A stretch of 63,257 nt of DNA, counting the filler, from an uncultured bacterium (GTDB lineage Bacteria; Latescibacterota; UBA2968): the NCBI GenBank assembly GCA_964471275.1. It is 3 parts of 3 records of this genome, joined end to end, with 100 filler letters (N's around TTAATTAATTAA, not from the genome) between each part and the next. Parts side by side here need not be neighbours in the genome. Positions count along the whole stretch, not along the records: positions 1 to 21,107 come from CAYYGZ010000057.1; 2 more parts are not named here. The stretch is one strand, 5' to 3'. Of the stretch, positions 1 to 9,535 are shown in pieces. Below the pieces are notes generated by a model. It did no database searches, was not told where the DNA came from, and worked only from the letters and a program-made list of their open reading frames with translations. The stretch's first letter is position 1. Every line of letters begins with the position of its first letter. The position numbers were made by a program, and so were the translations under genes.

Positions 1-393
1 CAGCTGGTGGCCGCACGGGCCTCCGAAGTCACCGTAAGGACGAGCACCAAAACCTGCCATTTGACGGGAACCACCGATGTGCATTTTTCCGATCGTTGCT
101 GTGGCGTATCCGTGTTCTCGCAGGTGTGAGCCAAAGGTCGGGAGCTCTGGCGGAATGATCGATCCGTTGCCCCAGGCCCCACATCGATGGGAATGCCGGC
201 CCGTCAGCATCGAGATACGGCTCGGGGTGCAGAGCGGCATCTGGCAGTATGTGGCGTCAAAGTGGACACCCTTTTCGATCAGACCGTCGAGCGTGGGTGT
301 GTGGACCGGCTCGCCTCCACGCTCACGGCTCCTTGCCGAGAGGTATCTGAACGAATGTTCGTCGCTGTGCAGAAACAGAATGTTCGGTTTCAT
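1..393 (-). CDS. Sulfatase (choline-sulfatase-like), N-terminal part; runs off the window start
   Basis: Not in the ORF track. Manual translation from ATG at 393 gives MKPNILFLHSDEH...YCQMPLCTPSRISMLTG...GKMH with the CxPxR formylglycine motif. Start overlaps the upstream stop (ATGA) and follows an AGGAGG RBS. Confidence 0.9.
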   Translation of the reverse strand, partial: MKPNILFLHSDEHSFRYLSARSRERGGEPVHTPTLDGLIEKGVHFDATYCQMPLCTPSRISMLTGRHSHRCGAWGNGSIIPPELPTFGSHLREHGYATATIGKMHIGGSRQMAGFGARPYGDFGGPCGHQL

Positions 394-2765
394 GTGTCCT
401 CCTGAGAGCTCGCATCCCAACTGCTGTGCCTTGCCCAATATACGGCGGCCACCAGCAGGATGATATCAAACCATAGAATCCCGACCCGGAGTCCCGACAG
501 GCGTCCCGTGATCAGGATTTCGTGTGTTCCTTCTGGTAGCTGGAGACCGATGAAACCGTCCGCGGTCCGGAAGTAGTCGGTTGGTTCGCCATCCAGTCGT
601 AAATCCAGATTCGGGTAGTAGCCGTAGGTGAGTCGGCAGAAAGCATCCGCCGAGACCCGACAGGTAATTGACGCGCTACCGACTCTGACGACGTGAGATA
701 TCCGATCGATCGACGCGACACCAGGCAGTTCTCCTGGAGGGACACCCTCGCCTACCAGAATGGCCCGACAATGCGGGTTGACGGGATCGAGTCCCATTCG
801 TTCGATCATCCGGAGAGGATCTGAGTCATCGGAATGGATAGGTTCAAGACGCTTTGAGACCACGATCGGTGAAGCCTTATCCACAACCAGATGTACGGTC
901 GGCACATTGCTTTTCGATTCAACGTATTGCCGGGTGTTCAGGAGACGAAGCCCATCCATAGCGGTGCGCCCGGAATCGCTGTCCAGGTATGCGGCCACCT
1001 CCTCACGATCCCCACCGAGGGGTTCGTGGAGTCCCGACAGGAAGGGCCTCACAAACTCTTTGTCGGCACGTGGATGCTCCTCGAAGAGCCCAAATACGGA
1101 CGGTGTGCGAGAGATCATGCTCAGATAGCTGTTGACCGGCTTGGACGTGTGGTAGTGCCGACTCGGGGCAAATGTCTGCGGACCGACTTCTGTGCCGTTC
1201 TCTGTCAACGTGGTGTAGAGACTCTCTTCCATCGTAACCGCCTCCGGATCCGGGAGGAAGTGGTAGGGCTGCAGGAATGTCGACGGACCCAGATCAATCA
1301 GGATGAGCAAGAGAAGGCCCGCGTAGCACGCAGGTCGGTATCGCCAACGTGCCCGGAGCGTCTGGATGGCGACCCCTGAAAGGACAGCGAGGAAGAATAC
1401 CGTGAAGACGAGGTATCGTGCGGCTCCCATCGCCTGCACAATGCCAATGTCACGCACGAGCGGCCATTCATAGCCGAACATGATGAGCAGACTGATCGCC
1501 AGTCCGATAACGGCAAAATCTCTCGGGATGCTGAAACGGAGCCTACGGGATCTCGATACATAGCCTGCCAGGGCAAGTCCCACCAGGCTCAACCCGACGT
1601 ATCCCCCGAACCAATGGTTGTGTCCCTCGGGGATGCCCAGAAACCGGGCACGGTAGTTCGACCACGACAGGAGTTGCCCCCAGGATGGTTTGCCCTGCGT
1701 GGCCATAGAGAAACCAACACCCAAACCGGTCCACTGTTGCTCGATCCACATCGGAAGGACAAGGTAGGCTGACAACGCGATACCCAGCCCCATCATAGCG
1801 GCCAGTTCGCGAACGGGGAACGTGGATCTGGATGGTCCGCAGGATGCGAGTATGACCAGGTAGAGCGAGATAAAGACGAGCGACCAGAATGCGTATCCTG
1901 GGTGCGAAAACGAGAGCAGAGCGATCGAAACCGCACCTGCGACGGCCTGTAGACGTCGGTTGCCGGTATGACGTCTGATCCGCTCGATCGCATAGAACGG
2001 GAGCGGCAGGAGCGTAAAGACGAGACTTGCCGTGTAACGTCCCATGGTCACGATCAGCTGTGTGTGCCAGAAAGTGAGGACGTAAGCGAGTCCGGAGATG
2101 AATCCGGCAGCCCGACTTCCAGTGAGTGTGCGGACATAGAGGTAGGCCGTAACCCCTTAGGCCGCGTGGATCAAGCCCAGGCTAAGCTTGAGACCGGTCT
2201 CCAGATCGCCCATGAGGAAGGCTATGGCGCCCGACAGGTATGCGAAGGTGAACCCGTAGAACTGGACGAAGTATGAGCCCACCGAGAGGACAGGCGTCCA
2301 CACCGGGAGCGTCACGGAGCCGATGGCCTCGGATGCGACCCACGTGTGGAGCGCGTGGTGCGATGCATCGGCGCCCCAGGTCAGTCTGCCAGTCGAGAAG
2401 TAGTATCGGACGGCGACGAGACTGAACGCGAGTGTCGTGAGAAGCGCAGTGGTTTCACGAGCAAATAGCCGACGCAGCAGTGCGGTGACGCTTCCCCGGA
2501 GCAGGTCGAGTGTGATGATCGCTGCAAGATTCAGCAGAATCGCGGATGCAAGGATCAGATCGATCGGTTTCCACGGGAGATTTGAGAGGAACTGCAGATA
2601 CAGCCCGATCGGCATGTAGCGTCTGGTGAGCGTGTTGACCATTACGGGGGCGCTGGTAAACTGGAACGCGATCAGCAGGGCGGCCTCGAGGCAGAGTAAG
2701 ACAATCGCGCAGATCGACCACGTGCGGATCAGGGATGCAGGCCGTCTGCCGGTTTCCACCATCAC
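390..2765 (-). pseudogene. Large polytopic membrane protein (PTPS-related/YfhO-like, GT-C fold type) interrupted by one in-frame TAA at 2157-2159
   Basis: ORFs 2157..2765 and 390..2051 are in the same frame. The 35 codons between them read GVTAYLYVRTLTGSRAAGFISGLAYVLTFWHTQLI. W-G-x-D-x-x-x-H, PVW and QFYG motifs, many TM segments, YfhO-like C-terminus. Confidence 0.65.
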
Positions 2766-2981
2766 TCAGCGCTTCGCCCGACCGCGATCGCCCGGCCGAC
2801 ATTACAGTATCCAGTGGTACGTGGGTAGCGACTTTTCATGCCGGGTTCACTGCCGTGCGTCCAGTTGTAGATCTCCGTTCCGATGGAGACGGCTGTGTAT
2901 TCGTTTTTGACGAGGATTCCGTCATTCAGGATCGGATCTAGGTCGAATTCGGCGACTTCGATCTGACGGACGGCGTGTGAG
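2762..2981 (-). pseudogene. N-terminal fragment of a zinc-binding alcohol dehydrogenase-like (GroES domain) protein
   Basis: ILVKNEYTAVSIGTE...YPRTTGYCNVGRAIAVG matches the MDR N-terminus, but the frame stops after about 70 aa. The 5' end lies in the N gap. Confidence 0.6.
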
Positions 2982-3081
2982 NNNNNNNNNNNNNNNNNNN
3001 NNNNNNNNNNNNNNNNNNNNNNNNNNNNNNNNNNNNNNNNNNNNNNNNNNNNNNNNNNNNNNNNNNNNNNNNNNNNNNNNN
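2982..3081. other. Scaffold gap (100 N)
   Basis: Run of 100 N. Confidence 1.
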
Positions 3082-3171
3082 GGCGTGGTGCGTGACGCAT
3101 GGAAGACCTGTGAGGCCCACGCAACACGTACCCGGTGGATCTGTGGTGGTCAACGCTCCTGGCTTTTTGAG

Positions 3172-4494
3172 CTATGGCGGGTCAACGGGTACTTTCTGGC
3201 GTTTCGGTATCAGCGGGTCGTATTTGAAGCCTTTGATCTTGCTCCGGAATTCGGCTTTCACCTTGGTCAACAGGTTGGGCTTTTGGCAGAGATCCAGCGC
3301 GGATCCGGCGAAGATCTTTGCCGCCTGGAAGATTGCGCGGTCTGCGAACGGCAGCACGGCCTGAGCGGCCATATCCCGGTGATGTACGGGGGTACCCAAG
3401 GCGTAGCAGGCGACTGTAAACCTGCCCATCGGGGCGAGCCAGCTGATGTTGTCTTCGTCGGACGACCCGCGCCCCTGGGTTCCGTGACCGGTGGTGACAG
3501 AGCTGTTGAAGCCCTTCTTGTAGCCCATTTTCTCTACGGTGGCGCGGTCTGCCTTGGATGCCCGAGAGGGACCGAAAAGTGTGACGTTGCCGCCGACTGC
3601 ATCGCACAGGGCGTTGTTTGGCAAGCGAGGATAAACAGCAGTGATGCGATGCCACTTCACTTCCGTATCTGTTGCCTTGGCTGCCCCTTTGGCGCAGGCC
3701 GTCAGACGCTCCCTGATCTCATCGACCTGAGCACGATCCTTTCCGCGAACAAAATACCAGACCTTCGCGTAGGCCGGGACGACATTGGGTGCATCGCCCC
3801 CATCACGGATGACGCAGTGGATGCGGACGTTTTCGGGAACGTGTTCGCGAAGGTAGTTGGCCGCAACATCCATGAGCATAACGCCGTCCAGGGCACTGCG
3901 ACCGTTGTGCGCGCTCGCGCCGTGAGCTGTTCGCCCATAGAATTCGTAGACCAGGGAGTCGAGCGAAGACCCTCCGTAGTTGTTCACACCGGTCGCTACA
4001 CCAGGATGCCAGGCCAGCACCGCATCCATGTCCCGGAAGGCACCGTCTCTCGCCATGTAGACCTTGCCCGCCAGCGTTTCCTCTGCGGGACAACCATAGT
4101 AGATGATGCGACCTTTGCGCTTTGTCTGTTCAAGAATCTCTGCAACGGCGACCGCACCTGCGGCCGGGGCAACGCCCAGGAGGTTATGGCCTCAGCCGTG
4201 TCCCCACGATCCGTCTGTTGCTCCGCAGTTCGGGAGCGCGTCGTATTCCCCGAGCATTCCGATGCTTGGCTTGCCCGTGCCTCGAATGGCTCGGAAAGCA
4301 GTCGGTATGTTCCGCCAGGGGAACTCAACCTTGAACCCACGCGAGGTCAGATAGTTCGCGAGTGTCTCAGCTGATCTGGTTTCACGGAAGGGACGCTCGG
4401 CGTAACCGTGGATTTCGTGGGACAAAGCCTTTGCAGTGCGCTGCTCGGCGCGAACGGCATCGTCAACACGCTTCTTTTTTGTGCGTGCGTTCAT
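3172..4494 (-). CDS. M20 family amidohydrolase (AbgB-like), probable selenoprotein with in-frame TGA at codon 101 (4192-4194)
   Basis: ORFs 4192..4494 and 3172..4056 are in one frame and give about 440 aa on readthrough: GEYDAL...GHG-TGA-GHNLLG...CPAEE...WHP...GRTAHG...GRSALD...GSSD. The TGA replaces the Cys of the GHxCGHN motif. Confidence 0.85.
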
Positions 4495-4503
4495 GCACTC
4501 CTC

Positions 4504-5583
<1,080 letters not shown>

Positions 5584-5645
5584 AAGCCCTTCCTGTAATC
5601 CGGGGCCTGCGCCCCAGTCGACCTCTATGTATCATCTTGCGCCGT

Positions 5646-6800
5646 CTACTCGTAATCGCTTCGGACAACCGCGTCTCCGTCAGCAACCATCAATCGGCCA
5701 CGACTCCAAACGCAGTCCACTTCCGTGGCATCGGTCAAAAGGACCATGTCCGCGTCGGCGCCATCGCGAATACCGCCCTTGCCGACTAGACCGAGCCTGT
5801 TCGCCGCGTTGGATGTGACCAGCGGCAGGATGTCGGCTAGCAGGATTCCGCTTCGTAAGACCTTCTGAAGCGTCTCAAAGAGTGTCATTGGTTCCGCCAT
5901 GGCACGTTTGCCCTGTCGGCTTGCCCGATGAAGCGAGTATGATCCCCCCGCGTCAGTAGACATCGTTATGTTCTCACGTGGGATGTCTGAATCGAAGATC
6001 TCGAGCAAGGCACGATTGGGTTCTATCGCGTGATCATACCCACGATCCTTCTGGATCTGTGCTGTGAGATCTATGCCTCCCCCTTCACGAGCGAATGCAA
6101 AGGCCTGATCCCACAGCTGCGCGTTCCGGTTGACGTGTGTGGCAACGAATCGATCCGGCGATATACCGGACGCATTCGCGGTCTCCCGTAACGGGTTCAA
6201 CCCTTCGGTCCGATCGCCAATATGCGCGTGGAGGACGCCTTTCTTGCCACCAATCCCGCCGCCGATCACCGCTGCCTGAGCAAGACGACACAGGTCGTCG
6301 ATGGTGAAGGGAGGGGAACTGACTTCTGCAATGGCGATTTTGATTCCCAATATCCGATCGATATAGGCCAGATCGGTCTGGGGATCGCCTGTCAGGGTTG
6401 GTACCGGATTTCGCCATCCTCCTGTGTAGACGAATGCGTTGAGGCCTTCCGCTGTCAGGGCAGCTGCCCGGCTGAGCAGGGCGGAGATCGACCGACTGAG
6501 GCTGTCCGTCCCGAGCGGGGATACGACGGTGGTGATGCCGGCGAGCGTGATCCAGCTGAGTGGCATGTCCGGAGAACGAGAGAGCGGTCCGTCTGCGCCA
6601 CTCGCCCCCATCACGTGGATATGCGTGTCGAGTAGCCCAGGAATGAGCGGACGTCCTTCCGCCTGGTGTATCGTCGGTTCTCCGATGGGCCAGACTTCGG
6701 TTCCGATGTCGATGATATGACCGCCCGAACACAGTACGTCATTGATCCCGAGGTCTTCGGGTGCGTAGACGTGGGCGTTCTTTATCAGGAGCGTTTCCAA
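5646..6800 (-). CDS. iadA: Beta-aspartyl peptidase (isoaspartyl dipeptidase)
   Basis: LIKNAHVYAPE, PGLLDTHIH, GITTVV..LGTD, KIAI, HIGD, THVNRN, STDAGGS motifs of IadA-type amidohydrolases. Confidence 0.8.
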   Translation of the reverse strand: METLLIKNAHVYAPEDLGINDVLCSGGHIIDIGTEVWPIGEPTIHQAEGRPLIPGLLDTHIHVMGASGADGPLSRSPDMPLSWITLAGITTVVSPLGTDSLSRSISALLSRAAALTAEGLNAFVYTGGWRNPVPTLTGDPQTDLAYIDRILGIKIAIAEVSSPPFTIDDLCRLAQAAVIGGGIGGKKGVLHAHIGDRTEGLNPLRETANASGISPDRFVATHVNRNAQLWDQAFAFAREGGGIDLTAQIQKDRGYDHAIEPNRALLEIFDSDIPRENITMSTDAGGSYSLHRASRQGKRAMAEPMTLFETLQKVLRSGILLADILPLVTSNAANRLGLVGKGGIRDGADADMVLLTDATEVDCVWSRGRLMVADGDAVVRSDYE

Positions 6801-6802
6801 AA

Positions 6803-6990
6803 TCAGTCCGTTTCCAGGGCATTACCGGCAAGCGTCCTCAGCCGTTCGAGCCGTTTCGGTTCCTCTGCCATGAGCCAGTCGTTCTTTGACAGCAGCCGGA
6901 AAGCTTTCGCGAATTGCGGTGCTGCTTCCGCCTTCCTTCCCAACGAGCGCATCGCACGAGCGACCGTCCATAAAGACTCTGACAAAACTT
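6803..6990 (-). pseudogene. Probable C-terminal remnant of a TPR-type protein
   Basis: SLGRKAEAAPQFAKAFRLLSKNDWLMAEEPKRLERLRTLAG resembles a TPR-protein C-terminus; no plausible N-terminal part. Confidence 0.35.
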
Positions 6991-7050
6991 GCGTCACACA
7001 CACTCCCCGCAGCAGGAAGAGAGCCAGAAAAGGGAAGATTCGGGCCGCGA

Positions 7051-8637
7051 TCATGAGACAGCAGCCGGCGGTGACAGATAGATGTAGTAGCCCGATCCCA
7101 GCTGGCTTCTGTCGTGTCGATACTCGAAAGATTCGATCGGGGAGTGCGCGCGTGAAGACATCGGCGTCGGGTTTGCCAGGACCAGCAGCTTGTGATTCAC
7201 GGGATCGACGGTCACGATGTTTTCGCGAGCATCACCAAGAACATCCACACACCCGAGGTTACGTCCGTACTCGGCTGTCTCCGGGAGCTTGCTGTCTGCG
7301 ACATTTTCGATCTCTCCGGAGGACAGCAGACGCACGACCCGCTTGTCCTCTTTACGGATGATGAAGACGACCTCCGGTGTCTCGTCCCAGTGAACGGGAA
7401 CGAAGTTCTTGCGCTGCCAGTCCGTGAGGTTCAGCCACGTAGACCCGTCGGGCAGGTAGATCGGGTATCGCTCCTGCTCGGCGCGTCTGCTGTCCTCGGC
7501 CGTGTGCGGGTGAAGCCCCGACACACCCGGCGCGTGGCGGGCAATCCATCCGTAGTGTGCGTGCTTGAACGGATACTTCCAGATTGTCTGCCCCTCGTTG
7601 TCGACCAGATAGACGCCTGTGTTCTCCTTCTCCACGGCATACCAGATCTGCATGCCATCGCGAGTGGGGTCGATCCTGCACGGCTTTGAGAGGTCTGAAT
7701 GACCGAAAGGCTCCGCCTCCCAGCGACGGGATCCGTCCCCGTTATAACAGATGCCCCCGCAGATCACCTCCTGTATTCCGTCATCGTCGATGTCGGCGAT
7801 GTCGAGGTTGTGACCGGCTCCCCGTTTCTGATTGACTTGCCACTTGACCGAGCCATCCGTGCCATCGAGCGCAGTGAGCGTTACGTCACCGTAGGTTTCG
7901 TCGAGTACCACGACCGAAGCCGGCTGATCGATCCCATCCAGATGACCAACGGTCATCATGACACGTGACTTTGCTGCCGGCCAGGGCGATTCCCATACGG
8001 TCTCGCCTGTCTCACCGTCGACGACCTTGAGCAGCTCGCCTTCCACTGCCTCATCGTAGTCTTCAGTCGGGTAATCAGTTCCGTATGCGTGGAAGGTGAC
8101 CTCCGTTCGACCGTCGCCATTCAGATCCCACATCAGAAACGGTACGTGATGCATGGACCCGTCCCAGCCGCCACGCTCGGGCAAGCACGTGTCGATCTCC
8201 CAGAGCCGATCTCCATCTAGCCCGATTGCAGTCATCCAAACGGTGCCATTCCTGGCGGACCTGACCACGAAACCGTAGCGACCGTTGTTCAGGATATCGC
8301 CGACGATCACGCCCTGAACGCGAGCAGCGGGATCGAGGTCGTATGCCCGTGCGATCAGGCTTTCGGACTCGGACGGATCGACTGTGGCCGTTTCGGAGGG
8401 TGTGCCGTCGGGAGCGATGACGCGGAACTGCTGTGGTCCAGGTGCGTCGATGTCGAAGGTAATCGTCGTCGAGTCGACCACGGCGATGTCGGTTGGAAAC
8501 CGCCAGGTGCCGTTGACCATATGCTCGATGAAGAAGGTCGCTCCGGGCGGGTCCGTCTTCAGGAGCCGCCAGGACAGGAACACCTGGTTGTTGCCGCGAG
8601 GCAGGGCGAGGAGCTTTCGGTCTTGGATTGCAGGCAT
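7051..8637 (-). CDS. Rhamnogalacturonan lyase-like beta-propeller (PL11/YesW-like)
   Basis: VFLSWRLL, WDLNGDGRTEV, GHNLDIADIDDDGIQEVI, GHSD and DVLGDARENIV motifs. Confidence 0.7.
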   Translation of the reverse strand: MPAIQDRKLLALPRGNNQVFLSWRLLKTDPPGATFFIEHMVNGTWRFPTDIAVVDSTTITFDIDAPGPQQFRVIAPDGTPSETATVDPSESESLIARAYDLDPAARVQGVIVGDILNNGRYGFVVRSARNGTVWMTAIGLDGDRLWEIDTCLPERGGWDGSMHHVPFLMWDLNGDGRTEVTFHAYGTDYPTEDYDEAVEGELLKVVDGETGETVWESPWPAAKSRVMMTVGHLDGIDQPASVVVLDETYGDVTLTALDGTDGSVKWQVNQKRGAGHNLDIADIDDDGIQEVICGGICYNGDGSRRWEAEPFGHSDLSKPCRIDPTRDGMQIWYAVEKENTGVYLVDNEGQTIWKYPFKHAHYGWIARHAPGVSGLHPHTAEDSRRAEQERYPIYLPDGSTWLNLTDWQRKNFVPVHWDETPEVVFIIRKEDKRVVRLLSSGEIENVADSKLPETAEYGRNLGCVDVLGDARENIVTVDPVNHKLLVLANPTPMSSRAHSPIESFEYRHDRSQLGSGYYIYLSPPAAVS

Positions 8638-9308
8638 TGCTATCGCTGTCTGTTTGAGTTGGCGTATGGGGCCAGGGATAATGGGTGTGGGTTCTGCCGC
8701 AGGCGCCTGGGTTGATGCGCCGTCAAGATAGTGACATCGGTTGCGTCGCGTCCAGTGGGGCGATCGATTCTCATGCGTTTACGACGAACCCTCCCTCTGC
8801 GGTGTGTCTGGGACGAGTAACTGCCCTCCCTGCTGATCCCACCCATCCAGCACGATGCCCGGCATTTCGGCGCGTGTGGCTTCACGCGTGGAGTCATTCG
8901 GGCTCGAGGCGGTGAAATGTGCGTGTGTGTAGCACTCGATCAAGCTGCTACAGCAAGGCAGTGCGCAACAGGTATTGCCGGGAGCGATCCGATCGACCGT
9001 CTCTCTCCACCAGGTCACCCCCTTGGCACGGAAATCGTGCTGGTCGATGTCGATCCACCCGGCCTTAACCATGCTGAAGTCGCTGGCTGTCGGCAGACCA
9101 GCCTCGCCATCCGTCACCAGCGTCCCGTGATCTCCTTTCCGCAATACAGATGAGGCGAGGCAAATTAGGGTGGTTGATGCGTCACGTCAATGTCGGCGAA
9201 GAGGCCGGAAATCAAACCTGCGACCACACACGTAACATGTTGTAAAAAAAACAGGTTGTGAGATTGTTAGATGATGTCGGCTTGATGGTTCCGAAACCCA
9301 GAAAAGAC

Positions 9309-9337
9309 TTGACCACCCCTACTAGATGTGGTATTAT
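9309..9337 (+). promoter_or_regulatory. Sigma70-type promoter upstream of smc
   Basis: TTGACC (9309-9314), 17 nt spacer, TATTAT (9332-9337) in an AT-richer intergenic region. Confidence 0.65.
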
Positions 9338-9535
9338 ACCAAAGCTTGAATGGGTCACATATACCGCTCATTGTATCGTGCGGTTTTGCCAGGTATCTCC
9401 CCAACGATTGTCAGGCTTCCTCAGCCGCAGTGCCTTTCCCCATTTGTGATCGGCCGTCGTCCGACTCTGAAATACGCTCAGGCAGCGTGGTCGGCGGAGT
9501 GTAGCTTTCCAGGACTGTTCCCAGGAGGAATTGCG

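Noticed and set aside
2157..2159. TAA as a recoded (Sec or other) codon
   Set aside because: It lies in a TM helix with no Cys motif; a single-base change from Ser TCA explains it.
2762..2764. TGA ending the ADH fragment as a readthrough site
   Set aside because: The downstream in-frame sequence is not ADH-like and is occupied by the next gene, so this is a truncation.
2977..4374. Long plus-strand ORF (465 aa) and similar antisense ORFs (16456..17511, 38467..39378, 39759..40655, 40935..41813, 62246..63088)
   Set aside because: Shadow ORFs opposite well-supported genes in GC-rich DNA, with no recognisable motifs.
8640..9150. Short ORFs between the PL11-like gene and the smc promoter
   Set aside because: Possibly a gene remnant, but no family could be recognised and the frames are interrupted.
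9350..9535. 62-aa N-terminal extension of SMC given by the ORF track
   Set aside because: SMC homology starts at the TTG at 9536, which has an AGGAGG RBS; the extension is 5' leader.
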